Shown here: one piece after another, positions 46,195-55,280 of the stretch
Layout: every line of letters begins with the position of its first letter
Numbering within the stretch: the first letter of the stretch is position 1
Source: Planctomycetota bacterium
Lineage (GTDB): Bacteria; Planctomycetota; UBA8108; UBA1146
Assembly (NCBI GenBank): GCA_028825265.1
Contig: JAPKAM010000004.1
Coordinates: 333-64,332, forward strand
Direction: 5' to 3'
DNA length: 64,000 nucleotides
Position numbers and translations under genes: made by a program
The notes under the pieces: model-generated
Told to the model about the DNA's origin: nothing
The model's database searches: none
What the model saw: the letters and a program-made list of their open reading frames with translations, nothing else

Positions 46195-47145
46195 CTAAAA
46201 ACCTGTGCTTTTGACGATATCCAGCTTCAACAGGCGAAGTTGATGACGGATTTGCAAGTATCGCGTCTGCGATGAGTAACTCTGGGTTCCATGCATGTCT
46301 AGCCACTGGTCCCACAGGTCGAGTTTTTCCAGGACTTCTCTACGTTGCTCGGTCGGGAATCCTTCCCTCAGCCTTGAACGGATCGAGGACATCCAACGTT
46401 CCAGTTGTTCCGTTGATTTGCCATCCGCCTCGGGAAGTGGAGATGTGGGAAGACTCCAGGCGATTCTGGTCAGATTTTGGAGCCGTTTCGATCGTTCCGA
46501 GGGGATCAGGCGTACCAGTCCCTCGGGACCCCCTTGTTGAATCCAGGCGTTCCAGCGGACCTTTTCGATCGGCTCATCTCTGCCGATGCTCTCGATCATA
46601 GAGAGGGTGTCGACCAGGCTACCCGGTGGAAGTGTGTGGGCTGGTGCGGTCGGCGCAGCAACGCGTGTTGCGCGGATGCGTGATGTTGGGACTCGGATCA
46701 CCAGACCTCCGGGGAGTTCGATTTCTCCGGTACCGGCGTGGATACGCAGCGATCGATAGGCGAGTGATGCACCGCCTTTGAGGTTCATGTAGAGCAGTGG
46801 TTCTGCAGCGGTGCCTGCACTCTGTCCGAGGCGTCTCAGTTCTCGCTGACAAATCGATTCGAGGAGCAGCAGTTGATCCTCTGTGGAAGAATCGGCTCGA
46901 TCTAATTCGTTGCGGTCGATGGGAGACCAACTAGAGAGACGTGCTTGGATCGAGCGCCTTTGTTCCGGAGACCACGACTTGGGCTGCGGGACCGGCTCGA
47001 CCGCTCGGGGATCGGATTCAAGTTCCGTGTTGGTGGAAGTCGTAACAGAGTACTCGATGAATTCGACCTTCGGTGGGCGATCCTGCAGTGCTTGTAAAAG
47101 CACTCCGGTCGTCAACATGGCACAGAAGATCAACATCCTCGTCAT
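46195..47145 (-). CDS. Hypothetical secreted protein
   Basis: Signal peptide MTRMLIFCAMLTTGVLLQALQ. No recognisable domain. Confidence 0.4.
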   Translation of the reverse strand: MTRMLIFCAMLTTGVLLQALQDRPPKVEFIEYSVTTSTNTELESDPRAVEPVPQPKSWSPEQRRSIQARLSSWSPIDRNELDRADSSTEDQLLLLESICQRELRRLGQSAGTAAEPLLYMNLKGGASLAYRSLRIHAGTGEIELPGGLVIRVPTSRIRATRVAAPTAPAHTLPPGSLVDTLSMIESIGRDEPIEKVRWNAWIQQGGPEGLVRLIPSERSKRLQNLTRIAWSLPTSPLPEADGKSTEQLERWMSSIRSRLREGFPTEQRREVLEKLDLWDQWLDMHGTQSYSSQTRYLQIRHQLRLLKLDIVKSTGF

Positions 47146-48242
47146 CTGGACTTTCCTTTTCCATGTTGGAGAAATGCACGGATCAAATGCTGGGCAGGTT
47201 TCCCCGCTGGAGTGTAACTTGGGTCTTGCTCACCGCCATCCATGTGAAGTGCATAGAAGAAGACACCCTGCAGGTGAGGATCCGCCGAAAAAGTGTCAAA
47301 GAAGGACTGATAACCCCGAGCCTGAATCCAGGGGTCTGCAGGTAACTGCACGGTATGATTCCACGGCTCCTTGAGCCCCAGGGAATGAGCTGGGAATCCC
47401 AATTCGCTGAAAAAAACCGGGATGCCAGATTGCACCGTCCAGCGATGGATTTGGGATCGAAATGGTAGCCATCGAGCGATCAGCGCTTCATTCCGATCAT
47501 GCGGGTCGGTCGCCAGCGGGATGTAGCCGTTGAGGCCCAGTGCGTCGAGGTGTCTGGCAAATTCGATCTGCTGCCAATCATCCCAGTTGGCGGAATAACT
47601 GATCCACCCGGAAAATGAAAGCCTGACCTGCTCGATGATGTGATTCCAGCGAACGGTGTCACGCTGCATCGAGGACAACTCACTTCCGATGAAGAACAGA
47701 TCCACCTGATGCTGCTGAGCCAGTTGAGCCAGATCGAGAATCCACCGCTTGTAACTCTCAAACCAGCGCGATCGGTGGTCCGGTTTCAGTTGCCCTCGCC
47801 AGTGAGGATCCAGTGGGTCCTGGATCAGTAAAAGAGGGTGGAGGGCGACCTGCATGCCGGCATTCTTGGCGCAGATGATGGCATCCGAAAGGCTCTCCAG
47901 TGATGGACTCCTGTGATCTTCGATCGGGAAATTAGTAGAATCGAAACGCCGCTGGTATGCCGGAAAAGAAATCTGGATCCAGTCGAAACCCAGCTGACGA
48001 GCCCACTGAAGGTTGGCGGGGAATCTTGCCGGTGGATCTTCTCCCATCAGCAAAATGGTCATTCCTAGCGGTGCACTCCATGGCGGGCTGGGTTCGACAG
48101 AAGAGGTTGGTCTGGATGGAGCCTGCGGGCCTGCCGAGAAACTGACGGGTGGAAGGGAGACCAGAAGGATGGCCAGCAAGATCACCGGTGAGATGGAAGC
48201 GAGGAAGCGGAAATTCAACAATCTTCTCCTGGAGTCCATCAT
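47142..48242 (-). CDS. Putative secreted TIM-barrel glycoside hydrolase (GH5/GH113-like)
   Basis: Signal peptide MMDSRRRLLNFRFLASISPVILLAILLVSL. Candidate catalytic glutamates in FFIGSELSS and FFSELGFPA. The GTG start at 48329 in the ORF track would add a repeat-encoded extension. Confidence 0.4.
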   Translation of the reverse strand: MMDSRRRLLNFRFLASISPVILLAILLVSLPPVSFSAGPQAPSRPTSSVEPSPPWSAPLGMTILLMGEDPPARFPANLQWARQLGFDWIQISFPAYQRRFDSTNFPIEDHRSPSLESLSDAIICAKNAGMQVALHPLLLIQDPLDPHWRGQLKPDHRSRWFESYKRWILDLAQLAQQHQVDLFFIGSELSSMQRDTVRWNHIIEQVRLSFSGWISYSANWDDWQQIEFARHLDALGLNGYIPLATDPHDRNEALIARWLPFRSQIHRWTVQSGIPVFFSELGFPAHSLGLKEPWNHTVQLPADPWIQARGYQSFFDTFSADPHLQGVFFYALHMDGGEQDPSYTPAGKPAQHLIRAFLQHGKGKSR

Positions 48243-48274
48243 GGGCCTATCTGGGAGTGGTAGGGATCGCACTG

Positions 48275-48326
48275 TGGGGATGGCATTGTGGGGATGGAAT
48301 GGCTGGGATGGAATGGCTGGGATGGA
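48275..48326. repeat. Tandem ~14-bp repeats TGGGGATGG(C/A)ATGGC x ~3.7
   Basis: Read directly: tggggatggcattg tggggatggaatggc tgggatggaatggc tgggatgg. They lie between divergent genes, upstream of the GH-like gene. Confidence 0.7.
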
Positions 48327-48498
48327 CACGAGCCGTTCCTGTCGCCAGAATCACATCCTCGCTGGTGGTTTGAAGTGGACAGGATAACCTGTATCGGGTC
48401 GCTTTCATCGAGTGGCGGTAGACACTGGATTGACCGCGCTGGTTCATCGGAAGCGATACCCGACCAGCGACATCTCGGATCCTCGTGGAGGTATTTCA

Positions 48499-50202
48499 AT
48501 GTTCGATGGTTCAAGGCTCACCGCTTTCTCCCGAATCTTCCTGCTCTTTGTTTTGATGCTCTACTCCTCTTCCACTGACGTGGAGGCGCAGGGACTGGAC
48601 CATTGGAAGGAACAATTCCGCCAGCAAAAAAATCTGGAAGTACTGGAACGAATCGATGCGATCCAGAAGATCGGCGAAATGGACACCTTGGAAGCTTCTG
48701 AATTTTTGGCCAAGATCATCGAGGATCGAGCCGAGAAAACTTCGATCATCGAGTCCGCAATTCGATTGGTGGCTCTCCATCGCCATGCGGTCGGTCTCAA
48801 GGCTGTGGTGGAATCGGGGTTCACGATTCTTCCGACCCGCTCCTACTGGGTGATCAGGGATTGCTGGGACCGGGATCTGAGTCAGGAAGAAGCGGATTAC
48901 CTCGCAGAGACCGGGATTCTCAGGGTTCCGGCTCTCGATATTGAATCGCAGAATATTCTCTTATCGATGGCGCTCAGGGCCGACAATTCCGTGGCGGGTG
49001 AGTCCGCTGCGAAAATACTCGGAAATCGAAAAATCGCTCCGCACAACCAGGCATTGATCGTCGATCTGATCCGCTTACATCGGGTCGATTCGGTCAACAA
49101 GAAACTGGGGAAACTGTTCCGGGTCAACGATGCCAAGTTACAGGTCGCGGTGCTTCAAGCGCTTCAGCAGTTGGAAGCCGATGATCAGAGTCGCACTTTC
49201 CACAAAGCCCTCAAGAGTACTCACTGGACCGTTCGTGCCTGTGCGGTGGATATCTTCGGTGACACTCACGACCCGGATGTGGTCAAGGTCTTGCTTCCGA
49301 TGCTGAAGGATCCTTTTGTCGAGGTGCAAGTGTCGACGGTCATGGCATTGCGCAAGATTGGCGGTAAGGAAGTGGCCAAGGCTCTGGTCAAACAGGTGGG
49401 CCAGCAAAAGGGCCGGGTACTCGATGATATCTGTGATGCGCTGGTCTGGTTGACGGGGCAGGACTACGGCCCCAGCGAGGTCTCCTGGACCTCATGGTGG
49501 GACCGAGAAGGTGCGGATGCGAAGATCGAGGGGATCTCTCGTGAAGAGTACGAGCGGATTCGAGCCGAAGCGTCAGAGAGCAGCACAGGAACCTATTATG
49601 GACTGCGGGTGATCAGTCGCTTCGTGACCTTCATCGTCGATATTTCGGGGAGCATGGAGGAGCCCTACGAGGTGGATTCGATCAAATTACCAGGAGGGCG
49701 CATCCAACGCGGTGGCACCGGTGTGGCCCCCGGCGATTCAGGTAAGACGCGCAAGCGGGAAAAGCTGGCCAAGATCGAGGTCGCTCGGCGGGAGTTAGTG
49801 AGGGTTCTCGACGGAATACCGAATGGAACGCAGTTCAATATCATTGCCTTTGAGAGTACTTTCACGCCCTGGAGACCTGCCCTTGTCGAGATGGAGGAGG
49901 GGATCCGATCGGATGCCATGGATTACGTGAGATCCCTCGGCCCCCGTGGCATGACCAATGTTTACGACACACTGGTCTCCGCTTTCGACGATCCGGATGT
50001 GAACACCATCTACTTCCTCAGCGATGGATCTCCAACGATGGGGAAAATCGTCGAACCGGGGGGCATCCTGGCTGCGATTCGATCACTAAATCAGCAGCGC
50101 AAGGTCAAAATCCACACCATTGGATTTCATCTGGATCCTGCAGCTTCGCAATTGATGCGCCTGCTGGCCGAAGAAAATCATGGGACCTTCGTCGAGCGTT
50201 GA
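48499..50202 (+). CDS. HEAT-repeat protein with C-terminal von Willebrand factor A domain
   Basis: Signal-like N-terminus, PBS-lyase HEAT-like repeats (AVLQALQQLEADD.., VDIFGDTHDPDV..), VWA MIDAS motif (VTFIVDISGSM). Confidence 0.6.
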   Translation: MFDGSRLTAFSRIFLLFVLMLYSSSTDVEAQGLDHWKEQFRQQKNLEVLERIDAIQKIGEMDTLEASEFLAKIIEDRAEKTSIIESAIRLVALHRHAVGLKAVVESGFTILPTRSYWVIRDCWDRDLSQEEADYLAETGILRVPALDIESQNILLSMALRADNSVAGESAAKILGNRKIAPHNQALIVDLIRLHRVDSVNKKLGKLFRVNDAKLQVAVLQALQQLEADDQSRTFHKALKSTHWTVRACAVDIFGDTHDPDVVKVLLPMLKDPFVEVQVSTVMALRKIGGKEVAKALVKQVGQQKGRVLDDICDALVWLTGQDYGPSEVSWTSWWDREGADAKIEGISREEYERIRAEASESSTGTYYGLRVISRFVTFIVDISGSMEEPYEVDSIKLPGGRIQRGGTGVAPGDSGKTRKREKLAKIEVARRELVRVLDGIPNGTQFNIIAFESTFTPWRPALVEMEEGIRSDAMDYVRSLGPRGMTNVYDTLVSAFDDPDVNTIYFLSDGSPTMGKIVEPGGILAAIRSLNQQRKVKIHTIGFHLDPAASQLMRLLAEENHGTFVER

Positions 50203-50212
50203 TGAAATGGAT

Positions 50213-50253
50213 CCGCAGTGAATCTAGAAATAGATTTCGCTGCGGCTCTTTTC
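50213..50253. terminator. Bidirectional hairpin terminator between convergent genes
   Basis: Near-perfect inverted repeat ccgcagTgaatcta-gaaa-tagatttcGctgcgg, then ctcttttc. The minus-strand stop codon (CTA at 50224-50226) lies in the stem. Confidence 0.45.
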
Positions 50254-50685
50254 ATATCGAGCGGCGAAGACGAGGGTGATCAAGAAAAACAAGATGGTTC
50301 CACCGAGCAGTGAATAGTTCAGCGCCGGGCCGAGTTCTGTCGTAGATCCTGCCGAGTTCAACTGCATCAGATAGATCAGTCCGATGAGGATGAACAGAAT
50401 CCCTGGAACTGAAGCAGAGATGAGGGCTTTCTTTTCACTCGCTTTAGCCATCGATATTCTGGCGATCTCACCGGAGTCTGGAACCTGGCCGCTGTGCATG
50501 CAGATGGGACAGTTTGCGGATGTACTGGAACTGTTTTGCATGAACAAGAAGTCAGAGTAGCACTCACTACAGACGACGGGGATGCCGCCTGAAGTTGGAG
50601 CTGTCGCGACTAACTTCGGGGTGTTCTTCTTGCTGGATCCACCGCGTTTAGTTTTTCTTGCGGAGGGTTTGCTTCGCTTGGCCAT
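50224..50685 (-). CDS. Small membrane protein with zinc-ribbon-like Cys motifs
   Basis: CSECYSDFLF...CPICMHSG pairs, then two TM helices. Confidence 0.4.
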   Translation of the reverse strand: MAKRSKPSARKTKRGGSSKKNTPKLVATAPTSGGIPVVCSECYSDFLFMQNSSSTSANCPICMHSGQVPDSGEIARISMAKASEKKALISASVPGILFILIGLIYLMQLNSAGSTTELGPALNYSLLGGTILFFLITLVFAARYEKSRSEIYF

Positions 50686-50823
50686 CGGTTCCTCTCGGGT
50701 TCGTTCAGGAATCTAAAATCCTAGCAAGCAGAGAAATCGGGTCAAGGTGAGAAGATGGTGGAATCGGAGACTCTCCCATGACCCGGAGGGGCTGCCAGGG
50801 ACCCTCATCGAAGCCGATGTGGA

Positions 50824-51834
50824 TCAGGTATTGTGATCCAGAGCACCCAGGTCCTGCTGGGAGCGACGCTGGGCTTCCAGTGTGCTGACTGGAGATAATC
50901 GAGGAGATCGGCCCTTGTGCCGCTCAGCACCATCGATTTGACCTGGATGCCTTCGCTTTCCGGCTCCCGGAGGGGTTCGTCGCTCCCCGGCTCCCGGAGG
51001 AGGTCTTCGTTCCCCGGCTCCCGGAGGGAGTCTTCGCTCCTCGGCTCCCTGAGGGGGTCTTCGGCGCAGCCGATGTCGACCCATTCTCTGCTGGCGTCGC
51101 TCCATCCCCTTTCGAAGCATTCTCTGAATTCGTTGCTTCATTTGACTGCTCAACTGCTGGACCACTGTTTGCAGATGAGGGTGGCTTCCATCCAATTCAC
51201 CGCTCTCGATGAATCGTTCCATCTGGACGCGATCGAGATCGCGGGCCAGATCCAAGACACGGTGGGCGGCCGGGGACAGCGAGGAGAGGCGGTGGTTCTT
51301 TCTTCTCATCAATTCCAGCCGTTGCTGTCGTGCAGGCAACTGTTCGATCCGTTGGCGTTCTAGGGGTGGGAGAGTGGCGAGGATGCGCGGTATACGCAAT
51401 TTGATTTCATCGTCGATGATGGCCATCTTCTCCGCCGCAGAACCCTGGCGAAATAGCTTTCGATCTGCCGTGGAAAGCTCGATATCCCATAACCGTAATG
51501 CAGTTCGTTTTTGACGCACCACTTTTTGGGCCGCATCGGATGACTTCAAGAACTGATGAAGTTTTCGAATCACCTTGGGTGCCTCTCTGGGGGACAGTTC
51601 TCTCAATCTCTGAATCAACTGGCTTCGCTGCTGTTCAGAAAGATGTTGAAGAGCCGTATGGATTCGGACCAGTGATCGACGCTTCTCGATGGGCAATGAC
51701 TTCCAGCGATCGAGCGCATCCGAGGCGCTGGTGGAAGCGGTGTCGGCCGGCGTTTGTGCGTGATTCGGTGATGACGATCCCAGTAGAAGAAGGGTCCCGA
51801 AGATCAGCAGAAAGAATGTGTCTCTTTTCATCAC
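50824..51834 (-). CDS. Periplasmic helical protein with C-terminal RRxPPGAGE repeats (ECF-operon member)
   Basis: Signal peptide MMKRDTFFLLIFGTLLLLGSSSP. Helical Arg/Gln-rich body. C-terminal 4x repeat encoded by 30-bp DNA tandem repeats. Confidence 0.4.
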   Translation of the reverse strand: MMKRDTFFLLIFGTLLLLGSSSPNHAQTPADTASTSASDALDRWKSLPIEKRRSLVRIHTALQHLSEQQRSQLIQRLRELSPREAPKVIRKLHQFLKSSDAAQKVVRQKRTALRLWDIELSTADRKLFRQGSAAEKMAIIDDEIKLRIPRILATLPPLERQRIEQLPARQQRLELMRRKNHRLSSLSPAAHRVLDLARDLDRVQMERFIESGELDGSHPHLQTVVQQLSSQMKQRIQRMLRKGMERRQQRMGRHRLRRRPPQGAEERRLPPGAGERRPPPGAGERRTPPGAGKRRHPGQIDGAERHKGRSPRLSPVSTLEAQRRSQQDLGALDHNT

Positions 51835-52379
51835 TCCTCCTCTTGCTCGTCTACGAGTAGTTCCAGGGGTAGAGCTGCGAGATCGAGATCGAATCCATAA
51901 AGATCGAATCCATCGAGGGTGTCGATGTGAGTGGGAGCCAGAATCGCGATCAGTTCTGGATCCATTCCTTCGAGGAGTTCCAGCACGTAGAGTTGCTCCA
52001 GCAACTGGGAGGAAGGATTCTGGACCAGAACATGATCCAGTGTTGGAGGGGTGGAGCCGGGATCTGGCATGGTGTACGGAAAGATGATGGCGAACAGCAC
52101 CACTGCCGCGGCTGCGGCGGTGAACAATTTCTGGAGACGTTGACGACGCTGGAGCCGCTGATTCAGGCGGACCAAAAATGGCTCGGGATCGATCGTGTCG
52201 ACCGTCTCCTTGCGGGCCGCTTCGTCGAGGAGCGACTGCAATTCCAGGCTCTCATCATCGTGTTCGTGTTCATCGAGTTCGTGTTCATCGTGTTCGTGCT
52301 CATTCATCATCATACCTGCATTTCTCTGCGGAGCCGTGGGTGACCAGCCAAGATCACAGTCGCGGCGCTCAAGGACCAT
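51831..52379 (-). CDS. Putative anti-sigma factor with His/Glu-rich N-terminus
   Basis: Immediately downstream of, and overlapping, the ECF sigma gene. Cytoplasmic NEHEHDEHELDEHEHDDE, single TM helix (LFTAAAAAVVLFAIIFPY), periplasmic tail. The start is probably the internal M at 52313. Confidence 0.4.
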   Translation of the reverse strand: MVLERRDCDLGWSPTAPQRNAGMMMNEHEHDEHELDEHEHDDESLELQSLLDEAARKETVDTIDPEPFLVRLNQRLQRRQRLQKLFTAAAAAVVLFAIIFPYTMPDPGSTPPTLDHVLVQNPSSQLLEQLYVLELLEGMDPELIAILAPTHIDTLDGFDLYGFDLDLAALPLELLVDEQEEE

Positions 52380-52971
52380 CTCTTTTCGTATCGTCGATGT
52401 AAGCCTTCAACTCACTCAGTAACAACTTTCTAGCCCTGAACAGCACAGACTTGGTTGCCGGAATCGTCAAACCGAGCGACTCGGCAATTCTGGAAACCGG
52501 CCACTGTTCAAAGTTCTGCAGCCAGATCGCCTGTCGAGCGGGTTCCTCGAGGCGTTCAATCGCGTCCCTTACGGCCTGTTCTTTCTCCTGATTCAGGAGA
52601 CTCTGAGTCGGGTCTATCGAACGATTGGAGCCGCCCACCCAGTCGCTTCCCGCCTCCACGTCAGGATCGCTGGAAAGAGATGAACGAGGAATCCAGCGCT
52701 TCCTTTTTCGTGTACGAATCTCATTCAGAGCAATCCTGGTGGTGATTTTCGCGATCCAACCTCGAAAGGAGATGGCCTCGCGAAAGCGGTCTCTGGAGCT
52801 CCATACCCGCAGAAACACGGCCTGGGCCACATCCTCGGCTCCCGCCAGATCCTTGACGTAGCGTCGGGCATGACGCACCACGAAATCGAGATTTGTCCGG
52901 ACCAGCGTCTCGAAAGCGTCTGAATCACCTTGTTGGAAGCGACGCATCAGCAGTTCATCGTCATCTTTCAT
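52369..52971 (-). CDS. ECF (extracytoplasmic function) sigma-70 family factor
   Basis: Region 2 (LMRRFQQGDSDAFETLVRTNLDFVVRHARRY..DVAQAVFLRVW) and region 4 (ESLGLTIPATKSVLFRARKLL). Confidence 0.8.
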   Translation of the reverse strand: MKDDDELLMRRFQQGDSDAFETLVRTNLDFVVRHARRYVKDLAGAEDVAQAVFLRVWSSRDRFREAISFRGWIAKITTRIALNEIRTRKRKRWIPRSSLSSDPDVEAGSDWVGGSNRSIDPTQSLLNQEKEQAVRDAIERLEEPARQAIWLQNFEQWPVSRIAESLGLTIPATKSVLFRARKLLLSELKAYIDDTKRDGP

Positions 52972-53066
52972 CAAGATCTCTCCGACATGACATCTGAACC
53001 CCTCTAATTGGTCCCAGGTCGCTCGAATTAGAAGTATTCTGACGATATTGGCCACACTTTTACAGG

Positions 53067-54188
53067 TTGGAGCCTGATTTGCCTCCAAAATCGTCAGATA
53101 TTCACCACGATGGATTCCGGCCGACGGAGAACCCGGTTCCGGAGGTGCTCTATTCTGCGCTGGCCTGCGGCGATCGCGTCATCGACGTTCGTTCGCCGGG
53201 TGAGTTTGCCGAAGATCACATTCCTGGAGCTCGCAATGTGCCATTGCTCGACGATGAGGAGCGCAAGGTCACCGGCACCTTGTATCGTGTCGAGGGGGCT
53301 GATTCCGCGACCCAGTGGGCCTTGCAGAGGCTGAATCTGCGTCTGCAGGCATTCCTGTCCGAGTTGCTGTCCCACATCACAACCGACAGTGTTCCGATCA
53401 TCTGTTGTGCCAGGGGAGGCGATCGATCCGCCCACGTGGTCCAATTTTTGATCCAGTCGGGACTGGCTGCAAAGCAACTGATCGGCGGCTATCGCAGTTA
53501 CCGCAAGGATGTTTGTCAGCAACTGGAGCAATGCGATCTGAAGCAACTGTGGATCCTAGACGGATACACCGGAGTCGGGAAAACCGATGTCTTGCGCCAG
53601 ATTGCGCTTCAACAGCCAGATCGCATCATCGATCTGGAAGGTCATGCAGGGCATCGATCATCGATTCTTGGCGATCTCGGGTTGAAGCCGACCAGTCAGA
53701 AGCGATTCGAAAGTCTACTGGCTGCAGCACTGACGAAACTCGATCGACAAGCACGCTGGATTCTCATCGAAGGCGAAAGTCGTAAAGTGGGGAATCGGCA
53801 GATTCCTGCGGCTCTGTGGCAACGGATGGCCAAGGCTCCGCGGATCGAGTTGTTCGCCTCGATGGAACTACGGGTCCGCTGGTTGGTCGATGAGTACGAC
53901 ACCGGAGATGACTGGCGGCAACTTCATCAGAGAGTCGATCGTTTGCGAAGTTACCGTCAACTGGGAGATGAACGGGTCGATCATCTTCAAAAGTGTCTTG
54001 AACTGGGGGATCCTGAATCTGCAGCGCGCAGTTTACTGGAACATCATTACGATCCCCGATATCAGCATGGCCCACAGAAGAACTTCCAGATTCGGCTCGA
54101 AAACCTCGACGCTTGTCGAGCCGCTGTTGCGCTAGTGGAGCAACTGGAGCAGGTCACCACCGATCGCCCCGATGAAGCGGGAGCATGA
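53067..54188 (+). CDS. selU: tRNA 2-selenouridine synthase (rhodanese + P-loop)
   Basis: Rhodanese CCARGGDRSAHVVQFL, Walker A DGYTGVGKT, and EHHYDPRY matching E. coli SelU/YbbB. Confidence 0.7.
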   Translation: MEPDLPPKSSDIHHDGFRPTENPVPEVLYSALACGDRVIDVRSPGEFAEDHIPGARNVPLLDDEERKVTGTLYRVEGADSATQWALQRLNLRLQAFLSELLSHITTDSVPIICCARGGDRSAHVVQFLIQSGLAAKQLIGGYRSYRKDVCQQLEQCDLKQLWILDGYTGVGKTDVLRQIALQQPDRIIDLEGHAGHRSSILGDLGLKPTSQKRFESLLAAALTKLDRQARWILIEGESRKVGNRQIPAALWQRMAKAPRIELFASMELRVRWLVDEYDTGDDWRQLHQRVDRLRSYRQLGDERVDHLQKCLELGDPESAARSLLEHHYDPRYQHGPQKNFQIRLENLDACRAAVALVEQLEQVTTDRPDEAGA

Positions 54189-54192
54189 CCGC

Positions 54193-54927
54193 TCAGGAGC
54201 GGGGAGCGTCGTCAGAAAAGCGCCCATGAATCAAGAAATGAATGATTTCTTGCTGGGTACGGGTACGCCAGAAAACAAAGGTATGTGAGCCCGGCAGGTG
54301 GATCTGATCGGCCGCTCCATCGAGTTGGGTCAGTTCCTGGGGGACCAGAGTGTCGCTGTTGGCGGCAATCACTCCGGTGGTGGATCCAGGCATCGTTCCC
54401 CGTGGCAGCGGCCCACCCTCGCGGCTGGAGAGATCCTCGATCGTTGCGATCCACGGCCCCAGCACCCCCTCCAACTTCGAGGCCCAAGGCGATCCAAGAT
54501 TGGGTGGGCTGATCTGTACGACCCGTCCGATGCCGGGGATGGTCGGAGTCGTGGCCTTGACCGAGATCACGGCGCCAAGACTGTGTCCGACGACATGAAG
54601 CGGAACTTGCGGATCCCGGGCGATCTGGTCGACGAGGAACTGGCGTAGATTCCGCCCCAGTTCTTCGACACTCTTCTGGGTGGAAGGGTAACGATATTCG
54701 ATGACATGGAAGCCGGCTTCAGTCAGTGGCGTACGCAACGGCCGCATCGCGCGCTGGGTCCGGAATAAACCATGAACCACGACGACGTTTTGCTGCTCGG
54801 CGAGTTTCATTTGTTTCCCCTCGGTCAGATCGGGCAAGGAATTGCAGCCGACCAGATGGACCACCAGCCACGGCGTGAGCCAGATCCAGTGGCGGATGAT
54901 TGTGGTCAAACCGGAAACACGCTCCAT
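54193..54927 (-). CDS. Alpha/beta-hydrolase (lipase-like) lipoprotein
   Basis: Lipobox LVG|C after a hydrophobic stretch. GHSLG nucleophile elbow (VVGHSLGAV). The ORF-track start at 55086 abuts the tRNA. Confidence 0.5.
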   Translation of the reverse strand: MERVSGLTTIIRHWIWLTPWLVVHLVGCNSLPDLTEGKQMKLAEQQNVVVVHGLFRTQRAMRPLRTPLTEAGFHVIEYRYPSTQKSVEELGRNLRQFLVDQIARDPQVPLHVVGHSLGAVISVKATTPTIPGIGRVVQISPPNLGSPWASKLEGVLGPWIATIEDLSSREGGPLPRGTMPGSTTGVIAANSDTLVPQELTQLDGAADQIHLPGSHTFVFWRTRTQQEIIHFLIHGRFSDDAPRS

Positions 54928-55094
54928 CAATACTCCCCGATCTTCATGGAAACCCATTGGAACCGAACCCGAGTCGGCTGTCTCCGATGAACTTCGCCAT
55001 CCGCGCGGAACTAGCGCGTGATCAGTCATCTCCATCGCTGGGCACGAAGAAACCCGCCAAGCGGTAAAGCCTGGCGGGTTCTCCACTTGATTTC

Positions 55095-55170
55095 TGGTGG
55101 ACCTGAGGGGGCTCGAACCCCTGACCTCTGCGTTGCGAACGCAGCGCTCTCCCAGCTGAGCTACAGGCCC
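55095..55170 (-). tRNA. tRNA-Ala (anticodon CGC), CCA encoded
   Basis: Manual fold: acceptor GGGCCUG/CAGGUCC with G3:U70, anticodon stem CUGCG/CGCAG with loop UUCGCAA, T-arm AGGGG-UUCGAGC-CCCCU, ACCA 3' end. Confidence 0.85.
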
Positions 55171-55280
55171 TGATGATTAAACCTAACGGAACTCCAGCCG
55201 TCAGGGTGGCGCTGGAGTTGGGTCGAAGCGAGTCTCAATTTATAGAGAGACGCTGAGGAGACGGCAAGGGATAAAGAAGA

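Noticed and set aside
48243-48329. Pro/His-rich N-terminal extension (MSIPAIPSQPFHPHNAIPT...) of the GH-like protein from the GTG at 48329
   Set aside because: The extension is encoded entirely by the tandem-repeat array. The ATG at 48242 is immediately followed by a good signal peptide. Treated as intergenic repeat, but noted as a possible phase-variable extension.
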